Assembly: GCF_004010195.1 (NCBI RefSeq) | Contig: NC_057718.1 | Span: forward strand, 66,473,351-66,537,350 | Direction: 5' to 3' | DNA from: Chiloscyllium plagiosum | Lineage: Eukaryota | Length of the DNA: 64,000 bases | Shown here: piece after piece, positions 1 to 11,964 of the stretch | How positions within the stretch are numbered: position 1 is the first letter of the stretch | Layout of the letters: every line of letters begins with the position of its first letter | The notes under the pieces: model-generated | Told to the model about the DNA's origin: nothing | Databases searched by the model: none | Seen by the model: only the letters and a program-made list of their open reading frames with translations | Made by a program: the position numbers and the translations under genes

Positions 1-152
1 GCGACATATTTCCAAGTAAGGATAGTGAGTGGCTTGGAGTGGAACTTGGTGGGAGTGGTGTTTCCATGTATCTGTTACCCTTGTTCTTCTAGACTGTAGT
101 GGTTGTGGGTTGGTAAGGTGCTGTATTAGGAACCTTTTAGTGAATTTCTGCA
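1..152 (-). mobile_element. 3' fragment of a CR1/L2-superclade LINE
   Basis: Similar to 30590-30740 and to the reverse complement of the 3' UTR in 43400-44140. Confidence 0.55.
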
Positions 153-304
153 GAAGATGGGACTTCATGCACTGATTTCTTCATACAAATGAGCACACTC
201 AAGAAATGTTTGTGCGGTACTTTAACAACTTAAGTAAAAGGGAAATGTTAATGTTTCACTTACTTACTTAAAGCTGCAGTTCACACAATTTAGTTAGAGG
301 AAAA

Positions 305-1685
305 AATACTGCAGTGGCTAGAAGAACACAGCAAGTCAAGCGGCATCAAGAGATAGAGAAGTCAATTTTTGGGTACAACCATTCTTCAGGACTGGTGATG
401 GGGGGGTGAGGGGAGTTGCAGATAAAGGGGGTAGGGCATGAGGGTTTTGGGTGGGGAAAGAGGTGGAGTAGCGAGGTAGTGATAGGTAAACACAGATAGC
501 TGGTACAATGTGGTTGGTTGATTGGAAGGAAGGAAGGGTCAGTAAGTGGACTGGAAGGGAGCGGGAGGGGCTGGAAAGGGAGTCAGGGATGGGAAGGGAG
601 GTTATTTGAAATTGGAGAACTCCATGAACCTCTGTCTCACCTGGAAGAACTATTTGGGGCCTTGGATGGAGGTGAGGGAATGATGTGCTGGCAGGTTTTG
701 CACCAGGAAGGAAATGTACCAGAGTGGTGGGGAGAGTGGTGCGAACCACGGTAGGGGCCCTTGTGAAAGGCAGAGGGGATGGAGAGGGGGAGATGTTCTT
801 GGTGGTGAGGTCTGGTTGGAATTGGCAGAAGTGTTTAACAATGATACGTTGGATGCAGAGACTGGTTGGGGTACAAGGTGAGGACAAAGGGGACCCTGTC
901 ATTATTATATTTGGAAGGGGGTGGGGTTTAGAGCAGTGGAGCATGAAATGGAGAGGCAGTGGAGGGCTGTCTGGATGATGGAGGGGGAAAGCACATTGTT
1001 CAAAATAGGTGGACATCTGGGATGCTTGGGAGTGGAATGTCTCCTTGTCCAAACAGATGAAATGGAAGAATTGGGAAAACAGGATGGAGTTCTTGGAGGA
1101 TAATGGGTGGGAAGAGGTGTAGTTTTTAGATTAGATTAGATTAGATTAGATTACTTACAGTGTGGAAACAGGCCCTTCGGCCCAACAAGTCCACACCGAC
1201 CCGCCGAAGCGCAACCCACCCATACCCCTACCTTTACCCCTTTAACCTAACACTACGGGCAATTTAGCATGGCCAATTCACCTGACCCGCACATCTTTGG
1301 ACTGTGGGAGGAAACCGGAGCACCCGGAGGAAACCCACGCAGACACGGGGAGAATGTGCAAACTCCACACAGTCAGTCGCCTGAGTCGGGAATTGAACCC
1401 GCTGTGAGGCAGCTGTGAGGCAGCAGTGCTAACCACTGGGCCACCGTGCCCTGCTGGTAGTGGTAGTCTGGTTCTGGTAGTTGTGGGAGTCTGAGAGTTT
1501 ATAATAAATGTATGTCTGTAGACTGTCACCAGAGATGGAAACAAAGAGGTCAAGAAAGGGGAGGGAGGTGTCCGAAATTGACTATGTGAATTTAAAGGCA
1601 GGGTGGAAGTTGTTGACAAAGTCAATGAACTGCTCTAGTTCAACCTGGGTGCAGGATGCAGCACTGACACCATCATTGACGTACA
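305..1685 (-). mobile_element. Decayed Penelope-like element (Neptune type), interrupted by an HE1 SINE at 1126-1451
   Basis: Minus-strand peptide FHSQASQMSTYF...TSIQGPK resembles the copy at 46.3-47.2 kb. A degenerate hammerhead-like terminus lies at ~360-390. Confidence 0.75.
1126..1451 (-). mobile_element. HE1-like tRNA-derived V-SINE, full length, with (TCTAA)n tail
   Basis: Reverse complement reads gggcacggtggcccagtggttagcactgctgcctcacagc...tgtggagtttgcacattctccccgtgtctgcgtgggtttcctcc...gggcctgtttccacactgtaag(taatc)n. Confidence 0.9.
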
Positions 1686-1695
1686 TAATCTTGGC

Positions 1696-1819
1696 GAAAG
1701 TGAGGACTGCAGATGCTGGAGATTAGAATCGAAAGTGTGGTGCTGGAAGGCAAAAGCCTGATGAAGGGCCTTTGCCCAAAAAGTCGATTCTCCTGCTCCT
1801 CGGATGCTGCCTGACCTGC
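1696..1819. mobile_element. Short Penelope-terminus insertion with internal inversion and a degenerate hammerhead
   Basis: 1696-1753 is the minus-strand 3' half and 1757-1819 the plus-strand 5' half (CTGATGAAGGGC-CTTT-GCCC) of the same terminal repeat seen at 43310 and 47138. Confidence 0.75.
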
Positions 1820-2480
1820 ACATGATTTAGTCTACTGCATTCGCTGCACTCAATGTGGTCTCAATAACATTGGGGAAATAAAGTGTAGATTGGGTGACCA
1901 CATTGCAGAACACCTACATTCTGACTTTAAAAGATCCTGTGCTTCCAGTTGCCTGTCACTTCACCGCACCACCCTCTTGCCTGGCCAACACCTCTGTCAA
2001 CACTTCTGTTTGTGGTGCTCCAGTAAAGTTCAGCTCAAGCTGGAAGAACAGCATCTCATTTCTCGCCTGGGGACCCTGCAGCCACCTTGACTCAATATTG
2101 AGTTCAACAACTTTAGGGTTTGAGCTCTCTGATGTCCTTAGTCCAAACCCCACAATCAGGCCTTGTTATCGTATTGTCCAATATTACATGCACCCCATTA
2201 TTAGCCTCTAACAGTCCCCATTAATATTTATTCACCACCTAGCTAGATCATTATCCATCTCTTTGTCTATCCAAATGTGTTCCCTCTTTGGTCTTTATCC
2301 TGACCTATCGTTTACTCCTTATCCCTTCCTCTCGCCCTATCCTCTGCATATAAACTGACATTTCCTTAGCCACTATCGGTTCTGAGGAAAGGTTACTCAA
2401 CCTGAAACACTTACTCTGATTTCTCTCCACAGATGCTGCCAGACCTGCTGAGCTTTTCCAGCAATTTTTGTATTCGTTTC
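1820..2480 (+). mobile_element. Penelope-like element 3' end (GIY-YIG endonuclease remnant plus 3' UTR)
   Basis: Translates as LVYCIRCTQCGLNNIGEIKCRLGDHIAEHL and KLEEQHLISRLGTLQP. Degenerate CTGAGGA...GAAAC at 2382-2408. Confidence 0.8.
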
Positions 2481-2489
2481 CTGTAACTG

Positions 2490-3570
2490 AACAACTCCTT
2501 TTTTGAATGGAGCAGTTCCATTTGCTCTATTTTAGTCTGAGCCTTTCGAAAAGCTAGCGAATTTTCAAAAAATTAACTCCAGTGCATCTACTGGTTAGGC
2601 ACCTCTTTTAAGACCCTAGGGTGAAATCCATCATGACGTGGGACATTGTCAGTGCACAGCTCTATCCATTTGTTCAGTACATTTACCTGATGATTTTCAG
2701 TTCCTCTCTGCCTTCCATCTCCAGATTTACAGCTCCTGTTGGAAAGTTGATGTATGTTTTTCAGTGAAGACAGGCAAAATATTCAGTTATATCATCTGCC
2801 ATTTCCATGTTATCTAAAATAAACTGTCCAGTCTCTCTTTTTTTGTTAAAGAGGACCAACTTCATTTTACCTCCTTTTTCTTTTTAATTACTTGTAGAAA
2901 CTCTTGTTATCTATTTTCTTTACAACTAGCATCCTTTCATGCTATTTCTTTCTCCTGATTAATCCTTTAGTTGTCCTGTGCTGTTCTTTAGATTTTGACA
3001 TTCATCTTTGCATAATTGTTTCTTCAGACAGAGTGGTTGACAGGGATTGTCTGGTTGAGCTTGTTCCCACTTTGAACTTAATTCGTCTCACTTTCTTCAA
3101 TTCTGTGGGTACCCAGTTTCACTTTGCAAGGTGCAAATCTCTTACACTGGTATCTAGACATATGCATCAGATTCTGCTTCCTGCTGTCATTCTGAACTGG
3201 AAACATTCATTTTGCTTCCAATTTCTTTTTTGATTTCCCACTTTAATGGCTTCCTGTATTACGTTGTCATGATCAGTTAACTTATCCATCCTACAGCCCT
3301 CACCTTCAACCAAATGAGTAGTGAGGACTTCAGACTTTTTGACCAATTGCAAAAGCTGAGGTCTTGCACTCCTGTCTTCTGGATCCCCTTACCTGCCTCG
3401 TGAGTCACATGCTCCTTGACCACTGACCCAATTTGAAGATCCCATCCTAATAGATATGACAGCTGTCTGGTGCAAAATATCCTGATAAATTATTTTTTCT
3501 GCCATTGATGTATTGTGTTGTCTGTAGTTCAGTTCCTGCTCATAAAATGGAGCTGAAGCTGTCAATCTGT
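2490..3570 (-). mobile_element. Old, highly decayed CR1 LINE fragments
   Basis: Similar to minus-strand CR1 ORF2 fragments elsewhere (for example 34905-35700: caaaatattcagtt...tctgccatttcc). Confidence 0.5.
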
Positions 3571-5259
3571 TCATTTACTGCAGCCACTGACATTTGAGAG
3601 CACCCAAATTCTACAATTGTGACACAAATTGCTATTTTAATGTGTTTTATCCACTGTTTAAGTAACTTATTCAAGTTATCCATTTCTTTTTCTGATATAT
3701 TATTAAACCTATCAAGATCACTTGTACTATTTAAACACTTAGGAATAGAACAGACTAATTAGCCTCATCCTCTGCAGTAGAATAAGCACCAACTACTCGC
3801 AGGTTCAAAGAAACGTAAAGGAGTTCATTCCTCTCCTAACTCCCTTACTCACTAAATTGCTAGCATTCTTTCCAAGTTGTCTCTAATTCTATACTACAGT
3901 TGAGCAATGGAAAACCAAATTTTAGTTGGTTGGCTAAACTTCCGCTTTAGCCCAGATGTTGTTACCTTTGTTTCTCTTCATACTGCGTTTATTATTTAAA
4001 GATTCAAAAGGACAAGATATGACTGTTCTAACACGTGACTCCTCACAACTGTAGTGTCTTTGCCAATTACAATAGTGTTCTTAGATTGATATGTCACCTT
4101 ATGCTTTGATTTCTGGTTTACTGTCCCATGTATCATGACATCAACTTTGAGTTTTTTAAAAAAAGTGTAATTGCCCTGCGTGCCTGAATTGGCCATTGAC
4201 CCTGATGCACGCAGATGAATTTGTGAAATGTTGGTGCTGTGGAAACCTTTAGAGGGCAAGGATGAATCTTTTGCTGTGTTGGTGGTAACTTAGTATAATT
4301 ACATGGGGAATAGGAGGATAATTTTAGAAGTTAATGTAGAAGGGTTTAATTCCACAATCTGTGAGTGGGATATGAATGGTACTTGGATAATTTACAATGC
4401 ATATAGAGTAATACGCAAAAGTAGGGTAAGTTTTTCAAGTATTGGGGTATTTTATCGGAAGTATGCATGTAATATAAAGGAGACACTGAATGGAATTTGT
4501 CATCTTTTGAGGCTTGTTGCTGGTTTCATTCGCTTCCAAGTGACAACCCTGCCTCTTTGTGTGTGCATTTCCCTTGCATTGCTTAGAGGTGACATTTGAA
4601 CCATTCAAAGCCTTAAAACAAATACTACTTTCCTTCAAAGGCACATTCAATCCAGAAATATCGTCCTGGTGTTTTTCAGGGTATGCATTATCTTTTAAGC
4701 TAGAATGCGCCTTTCGTTCTTGGACAAACTAATCAGTGTCTTGGTATAAAAGTAGAAAGTCTGAAAAATAATTTAGATTTGGCAAGATCTGTGGAGAGAA
4801 AAACAGAGTTAATGTTTTGAGTTCAATATAACTCTTTTATGGGGTGTTATCTCTTGTGTCCAGGCAAATACTTATTCCTTATTTAATAGCACTGCAAAAT
4901 CCAGATTATCTGGTCATTCTCTCACTGTTGTTCATGAGCTGCTTGTGTGCAAATTGGCTGTCACAGCAAACAACTTAATTGAACAAAACAGTTTATGACA
5001 TCCTGTGATTGAGAGAGGCACAAAGTAATTACAAGTCCCTTCTTCTCCTTTTTAATTACTCCTTTTTAAGTTTATATGTAACTTTCACATGTTTAAATCT
5101 GATCATCTTTAATCTTTCCCAGTTCTGATGAGAGTCATCAATCTGTGTTAATTCTGTTTCTGTAGAGAGTGTGGTGATAATCCAACAGTTAATGAAAGTT
5201 GCAATGTACATTAGGAAAAAGAATACAGTGGAATTAAATTTAAAGCTGTAAAACTAATG

Positions 5260-6090
5260 AATACTCAAGGCTCCTTTTTGATAGCACCTCCCAAACCTCC
5301 AACCTCTACGACATGGAAGGACAAGGGGAGCAGATATATGGGAACAACATACCTGAAGGTTCCCCTCAGAGCCACAATTCTGACTTGAAACTGTATTACC
5401 CAAACCACCCCCCAAAATCGTGTCACTGGGTCAAAATCCTGGAATTCCCACCATAATAGTCTCTGTCCACAATATCAAGTATCTGGCTGCTGGAGGCATG
5501 CTTGAGCTGGGGGTGGGTGGAAGGAAAAGTACCCCAATGGTGAGTACCCCAACAGGTTATTAGCAGGAGTTAACTCAGGCTGTGGTCATGCCCATCATCC
5601 AGGCATGATGTGCGAGTAAACCAGGCAATGCAGCAATACATCTAAATGAAATGGAGGATTAAAGGTTAAAAATCTATTGTGAATAAAATTTGCTAAATAA
5701 ATTCTATCACACAAATGTTTCTTTTGGAGCCACAATCTTACAGTTCAATCCGACCATACTAATTCTCCATCAAACTCCCTTTCCTTGCCAGCTTGGCAGG
5801 ACACTCATGAGACTATTCCTTTCAGGCCTGCTGGAAATATACCTACAGGGGCCTACCAGTTTGAGCTGTTACCAAGCTCCAGCCCCTACATCACTGAATC
5901 TGAGGACTGCACTCTTCTACAAACAACACTAAAATCCTGGAATTCCCTCCCTAATGACATTTGGGATTTACTTATACGAAATGGATTGTAGCAGTTCATA
6001 AATGCAAATCGCCACCATCACCTCAAGTGCAGCTCGGGATGGAGAGTAAGTGCTTGTCCAGCTAGTGACTCCCACATCCTGCGATGAATG
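5260..6090 (+). mobile_element. Fragments of CR1/L2-superclade LINE 3' region
   Basis: gcacctcccaaacc...gggtcaaaatcctggaattccc and aaatcctggaattccctccctaa...cccacatcc match the 3' UTR at 43850-44140. Confidence 0.55.
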
Positions 6091-6410
6091 AAAACAACTT
6101 TGCTGTATTTGCAAGGACTTTCTGGCTTGTATCCTGAAAGTTAATGATAATGCTTCACATTTTAAAAAAAATATATTTTGTTTTAGTGTGGAATGTAACA
6201 GCAAGTTGAAACAGCTTACAAATATCTGCAACTCAATACAATAAATTTTTGTGGTTTGCAGTGTTGCTTTTTTTTTGTAATTAATAGGTTCTTTTGTGTA
6301 AGATTGTGCACTTAACTCCAAATATTTATCATTTTTGGAACTAAAGCACCAACTTTGGCACAAAATTTCTTTGGTAAAAAAGATTTACTTTCTTTGCTTC
6401 ACCCTTGAAG

Positions 6411-6503
6411 GTTTTGCAGTTGCTGGACAGGTTGATGGAAAGCAGCACAACAATTCTTTGTTTGTGAGTGATGTTCTTCCTGATGGTCTCGCCTATAGAG
6501 AAG
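6411..6503 (+). CDS. TIAM2: TIAM2 coding exon, first half of PDZ domain (GFAVAGQVDGKQHNNSLFVSDVLPDGLAYREG)
   Basis: Pyrimidine-rich acceptor ...acccttgaag|, donor |gtacga, 93 nt, phase 1-1. The peptide resembles the recalled TIAM2 PDZ sequence (FISDVLPDGLAYGEG) and splices in frame to the next exon. Confidence 0.9.
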
Positions 6504-6789
6504 GTACGATTACTTTTAAAAAGATCTTATGCTCGCTGAAGTAGCGGGTTTTAGCATTAATGTAACACTCCATTTTACCATCCAGCGTCTGAACCTTTAA
6601 TGGTTATTCTGCAATCCTTGCAAAAATAACAGTTTGGTTTCTGAGTGCGGACAATATTGCTCTTGACTGGTTTTCTCATAGTGGAGTAGTATGCAGAAGC
6701 TCATTGTCCAGGTTTCTATATACAGTACATATTGGTTGAGCATCAAAGAGCTATATATAGATGCTGCACACTCATTGTTTAGGTAATTT

Positions 6790-7610
6790 TTTTGAATGCC
6801 TTGCTAATTATCATACTGTTTATCCAACAATTCTGCATTAGCAAAGATTTTCTTCCAGTTAAATTTTGGGAAAACTGGAATCCTTGCTTTCATTCCCCCT
6901 CGGAGTTCCATCCCTAAATCTAATAATGATCTGAGATCAAGCAAGCCTGTTTGTAACATTGGTGTCACATTTGTTCTCAAGGGGAGCTTCTGACCTCATG
7001 TTCATGCTATTACTAAGAACATCTATTTCCACCTCCTTCGCATCACCCAACTTCGCACAAGTCTCAGCTTGCCTTCTGCTGAAACCCTCATTTATGCCTT
7101 TGTTACTTCTAGACTCAATTATTCCAGTGCATATCCGCCTGGCCTCCTACATTCTACCCTCCATAAATCTAAGGTAATTCAAAATTCTGATCCCTGTTTT
7201 AACTTGCATCAATTCCTGTTCATCTGTCACTTCTGTGCTCACGGACTTACATTGGTTCCCATTCAAGCAAAGTGTTGACTTTAAAATTCTTGTTGTTTTC
7301 AAATTCCTCCATAGTCTTATAATACTTTACCTCTGTAATCTCTGCCAGCCCTTTATTCTGCTGAGAATCTGCACTGCTCCAGTTCTGGCCTATTGGACTT
7401 TTCCAATTGTCATAGATCTAATATTGGTAGCTATGTCTTCAGCTTAATTGGAAGCTCTGGAATGCCCTCCCTATAACTGTCCACTCTTCTAGCTTGTTTT
7501 GCTTTTGTAAAACATTCCTCTTTAATTGAGCTTTTAGTCATCTGACCTCGTGTATATGGCTTCTGTTGTACTTTGTTTTGTAATGCTTTCATTAAAGATA
7601 CTATATCAGT
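6790..7610 (+). mobile_element. L2 LINE 3' fragment
   Basis: Peptides AETLIYAFVTSRLNYSSA and LTDLHWFPFKQSVDFKILVVFKFLH are typical of the L2 ORF2 C-terminus. Confidence 0.8.
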
Positions 7611-8150
7611 GAGATAGTATTAGGGTCTAGGGGCATGTTGGTAATGTCCCTACCTCTACACAGAATGTAAACGACCCATATGTCCAGAGTAGATGGGACG
7701 ATGTTTCTGAATGGGTTGATTAAAACTATTTATAAATAAAGTAGCTTGTTCAATCAACTTTTCCTGTGAGGGTACCTAGTTCAGGCGATACCATATAGTG
7801 TTGTGTCAGGCACCTGATATTCCTGTGGCATTTAAATGGGACATTAGGAAACTTAACAAAAATACGTTTCAACAAATCGGTTCCATGTGCTTGTGTAAAA
7901 TTTCTGTTTGCTATTTTAACAAACTATAGTGTTTAATGATTTATGACACATTTATATGAGCTAATAATCCTGGTAAAATTAATGATTTCATTCATCTAGA
8001 TTAAATGTTTTTTTAAAGCTGAGGAGGGAAATTTGAAGTAAAAGTAGAATATGGTAGTTCAGCTAACATTCAGAAGTTGAGGGTAAATTTGCAGCTTGGG
8101 AGAGGAGACTTCCTTTAACATTGTTACTGTTCCTGTTTTCTTTCCGTTAG

Positions 8151-8396
8151 GTGCAAGAGTGGGAGATGAGATCTTGATTATAAATGGTGAAATGGTTGCT
8201 AATCTACACCATGCACAAATTGAATCGTTATTTGCAGAGAACCACTTAATACTGACTATCAGAAGGTTCTCATTAGATTGCAACCAAATGCCAACAGACT
8301 ACAGCGATTCACTAAACCACATGATGTCCCCGCCTCCTTCTGACCAATCAAAATTGCTGGTTGAGTTTATTGACAACCTTCTTCCTGTCCCTTCCG
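8151..8396 (+). CDS. TIAM2: TIAM2 coding exon, second half of PDZ domain plus proline-rich linker (ARVGDEILIINGE...PPPSDQSKLLVEFIDNL)
   Basis: Acceptor tttccgttag|, donor |gtgagt, 246 nt, phase 1-1. Contains the PDZ GD-I--ING motif and resembles recalled TIAM2 PPPNQSQLLEEFLDN. Confidence 0.92.
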
Positions 8397-9399
8397 GTGA
8401 GTTCTGGGTTTCTTTGTAATTACAAAACTGTGTCATGTTTTTAGAGAAGTCATGGTGTATTTTCTCTTTAAAAACAAATGTGACTTTTTTTTTCAGATGG
8501 CAGATGATTCAGAGCTCACCCTGAAATCTAAACATCAGCTTTGTGACCTTTGTTTATCTGGTTTAAATCTCCTGAATTGTTGTTGATAAGACACTTTGAA
8601 TTGTTTTGCCGTTTGTTCCTCTGAGTCTCGGAGATACTTATAGAAGAAATTTTCTACGTGCATTTCTAGAGTAGTGCAGGAACTAATGCTGTAATCTTTC
8701 ATCGTGAGGCACTATGGATTTTGGAATGTGGCATCAGTGAGCAATAAACAAACTTCATTAGCTGGAAATGACTGGATACATAAACATAGACTATTAAAAT
8801 TGAAAATATTGATTTTCAAGTACAGCACAGCAATACAGTTTGACTAAATTGATGCCTGTTTATTTCATAATTTGCTACTGAAGAGTTAAATAGTTTCTTT
8901 CCTTTAGCTTTTGATCTTGTATGTGCTATTTATTTTGGTGCCTTTTGCAGTGTCACTTGTGATATGACCGATAGGGTGATGCGACTTGGCATGTCTTTGC
9001 GCTGATTAGAAAGGAGGTTTTGTGTGAGGAATTGAAAATATAAATGACCAGTGGTACACACTCAAATATGAAGGACATCTAGAACATCAAACTTAGTTTT
9101 CAATCTTGGGGAGAGGAATACCATTCATCCCATTGAGTGCATAGTGGCTCACTGTAAGGCAATCTGGTCAGTTTTGTTCCCTGATTGTAGCTCTAAAATT
9201 TTATTTTCCTCAAGTGACCATCCAGTTTCCTTAAATATTTGGATCGTCTTTGGCAAAGTTCTCCATAAATATTGCCTGCTCCTTTAAGAAAGTTTATGAT
9301 GTTGGACCGCCAGAAGATTCATCAAGTTCTACATTTCTATAAACTGACAACACCAGTGTTGAGAAGTGTAAATGAGAATGGAATTCCTCAGATCCAGGT

Positions 9400-9752
9400 G
9401 AGGGCGGTGACTACCTAGTGGAACTATCGTTGGGCTGTTAATCTAGAGACCTAGATAATGTTTAGAGGACCTGAGTTAGAATCCTGTCACGATGGTAGAA
9501 TTTGAATTCATCAAAAAAATCTGTAATTAAGAATCTAATGATAACCATGAATCCATTGTTGATCATTAGTGAACCAGGTAGGTTTTTCCAATGTGCTTTA
9601 GAGAAGGAAACTGCCATCCTCACCTTGTCTGGTCTACATGTGATTCCAGATCCACAGCAATGTGGTTGACTCTTAACTACCTTTTGGACAATTCGGCATG
9701 AGCAATAAATGCTGGCCTACTAAGCAACACCCTCGTCCCATGAATAAGTAAA
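9400..9752 (+). mobile_element. tRNA-headed bipartite SINE-like element ending in a LINE-type 3' tail
   Basis: Head and body match 12650-13010 and the reverse complement of 60695-61345. The tail gcaataaatgctggcc...cccatgaataa matches the LINE 3' end at 30415-30470 (minus strand). Confidence 0.7.
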
Positions 9753-9899
9753 CAGAAAACACACAGGACATTTAATGTATTTATGCATCTTATGACATTT
9801 CACAGGAGCACTGTCAAATGAAATTTAATACAAAAACACATTTGACAAATGCTCGCCAAAAGATATGTGCCATATACAGTGGCTTGAAGAAGGTGGAGA

Positions 9900-10770
9900 C
9901 ATAAACAATAAGACGTAGGGGCAGAAGTAGGCCACTTAACCCATTGACTCTGCTCTACCATTCAATGGGATCATGGCTGATCTGATAATCTTTAACTCCA
10001 GTTTATTTCCATAACCCTTGATTTCCTTAATGATTTGTTTTAGATTGCATATACTTAACAGCTCGGCCCCAACAGCCCTCCTTAGTAAAGAAAGTCATAA
10101 ATCGATACTTTCTGCAAGAATAATGTCTTTCTTATCTCTGTTTCAAATCAACCACTTTTATTTTGAGATTATGCCCTCTAGTCCCAGACTCCCCCCATTG
10201 GGGAGCAACCTTTGAGTCTGCCATGTCAAGCCTCCTGATAATCCTATATGTTCCAATAAGATCACTCATTTTTTTCTAAAGTTGAAACTTTATTGCTGGA
10301 ACAGCACAGCAGGTCAGGCAGCATCCAGGGAACAGGAGATTCGACGTTACGGGCACAGGCCCTTCTTCAGGAATGAGAAGAAGGGCCTGTGCCCGAAACG
10401 TCGAATCTCCTGTTCCCTGGATGCTGCCTGACCTGCTGTGCTGTTCCAGCAATAAAGTTTCAACTTTGATCTCCAGCATCTGCAGACCTCACTTTCTCCA
10501 TTTTTTTCTAAACTCTAATGAGCACAAACCTAAGTGACACAACCTTCCCTCAAGAAAATGCCTTTATATTTGCAATCAACTCAGTGAATCGCTGTACTTT
10601 CTCCAGTGCCAGTTTGTCTTTCTTTGCCTAAGGGAACCAAAATGATCAAAGTATTCCTGCTGTGGTCTGATTAGTAACTTACACAGTTTTAACAAGTTGT
10701 TCCTATTGTTATACTCCATTCTATCTGAAGTAAAGGTCAACATTCAACAATTTATTTTCCCTATTGCCCC
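9900..10770 (-). mobile_element. Old CR1 LINE 3' end, interrupted at 10281-10498
   Basis: ggggcagaagtaggccac...ccattcaatgggatcatggctgatctg and ccaaaatgatcaaagtattcctgctgtggtct are typical minus-strand CR1 3' sequences. Confidence 0.65.
10281..10498. mobile_element. Palindromic Penelope-derived mini-element with two hammerhead-like motifs and a 14-bp TSD
   Basis: Near-perfect inverted repeat, ~10281-10367 versus ~10378-10464. Flanked by CATTTTTTTCTAAA at 10267-10280 and 10499-10512. Confidence 0.88.
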
Positions 10771-10789
10771 ACTGATTGTTTAATAGGGA

Positions 10790-11220
10790 TGTTGAGTCTT
10801 TTTGACCTGAAATGGTACTATTAAGTCAGGGATGAGTAAAAGGTCCAAATCTGAGACACACAAAGATTGGTTGGAGTTAAGTGGTAGCAAATGTTACCAA
10901 GATGGAGGAAGAATGTAGCCATAGAGAGATTTGCAGACAGGGATGAAAATGTTAATATTAAACTGGCAGTGAACATGGGACAGCCATCACAAGGGTTGAT
11001 AAGTGAATGGGAATTGGTGAGAGTTCAAATACCCCCTATAAAGGTCAGAATAAGGTCAGGTTTATGGAGAATGCAATATAGGAAGGTGCTCAGAGGAATT
11101 GGGTCTAGAGTTAACAAAGGTATGGATGAGAACAACAGATAAACTAACCTGGTGACCTGGCAATATTTGAGGTTGAATAGGCTGTTTTTACAATTGAATG
11201 TATTTGGATTGAGTGTTCAA
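10790..11220 (-). mobile_element. Old L2-like LINE fragment
   Basis: Purine-rich degenerate sequence resembling the reverse complement of L2 ORF2 3' region. Weak support. Confidence 0.4.
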
Positions 11221-11740
11221 CAGTTAGACATTGAAACTAGGAAATAGTATTATGATGAAGTTGAAATTTATTAGTGTGTGTATTTTGGTGTCATTTGATA
11301 GAGTTCTGGGTTGAGTGTGTGGGTTTGTGTGTGTTTGAAGTTGACATTTGGCTTTTGAGAAAAGAGCTACAATACCCATAATTCAATGTGAGATGGTTAT
11401 TCATAGTTCCTAAGGAATTGCCAAGAGGGCTTAGGGAGAGAACATAATTGTTTGAGAGAAGCATGTATCAAGCTGAGAAATTTTTGGCAGAGTAATAAGC
11501 TAATTATGTTAGTACATTCTACTCCTGCGACAATTCAAAATCCCTCCTTAATGTCCCTGGAGACCTTACTTTAGGTATGATTTTATTTTCCTTAGGTTAC
11601 TTAGCCTAAACATTCTCAGTTAAATCAAAGTGTAGCTACTTATTTAAAAATATATGCTTCTCTAATTTACAGCAATTTGTAGACAGTCCCTAACAGCAAT
11701 TTCATCTCAGCGAAATTAATTTTCCTGGGCTGTCACTTAT

Positions 11741-11964
11741 TGTAGTGATTGGAAGGAAGTCATCCAGGTGGACCTCATAGAATGAGCTCCTTAACCGGGG
11801 CTGTTAACCTGGTTCAATCAGGGAGTCCTGGCTGAAAGATATAAACAGGGTTCTTCTCACCCTTGCAGCTGGCTCTGTGCTAACTGGGTCAATGTCATGT
11901 ACTATGCACATGTAAATAAAGAGTGACTTGGTGACGTGATACCAGCCTTTGTGGAGTTATTACA
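11741..11964 (+). mobile_element. ~225-bp solo LTR-like repeat (TG...CA)
   Basis: TGTAGT...TTACA ends with internal CAAT, GATATAAA and AATAAA. A second, diverged copy lies at ~41742-41965. Confidence 0.65.

Noticed and set aside
336..1052. 238-aa proline-rich ORF on the minus strand as a host gene
   Set aside because: It is a frameshifted remnant of a Neptune-type Penelope element.
1126..1451. tRNA genes suggested by A/B-box-like heads (also 13025, 22090, 54640)
   Set aside because: These are SINE heads followed by V-domain and LINE-derived tails, with no full cloverleaf.
4587..4686. AG...GT-bounded open stretch as an upstream TIAM2 exon
   Set aside because: No resemblance to the expected TIAM2 sequence, and the donor phase (2) does not match the phase-1 acceptor at 6411.
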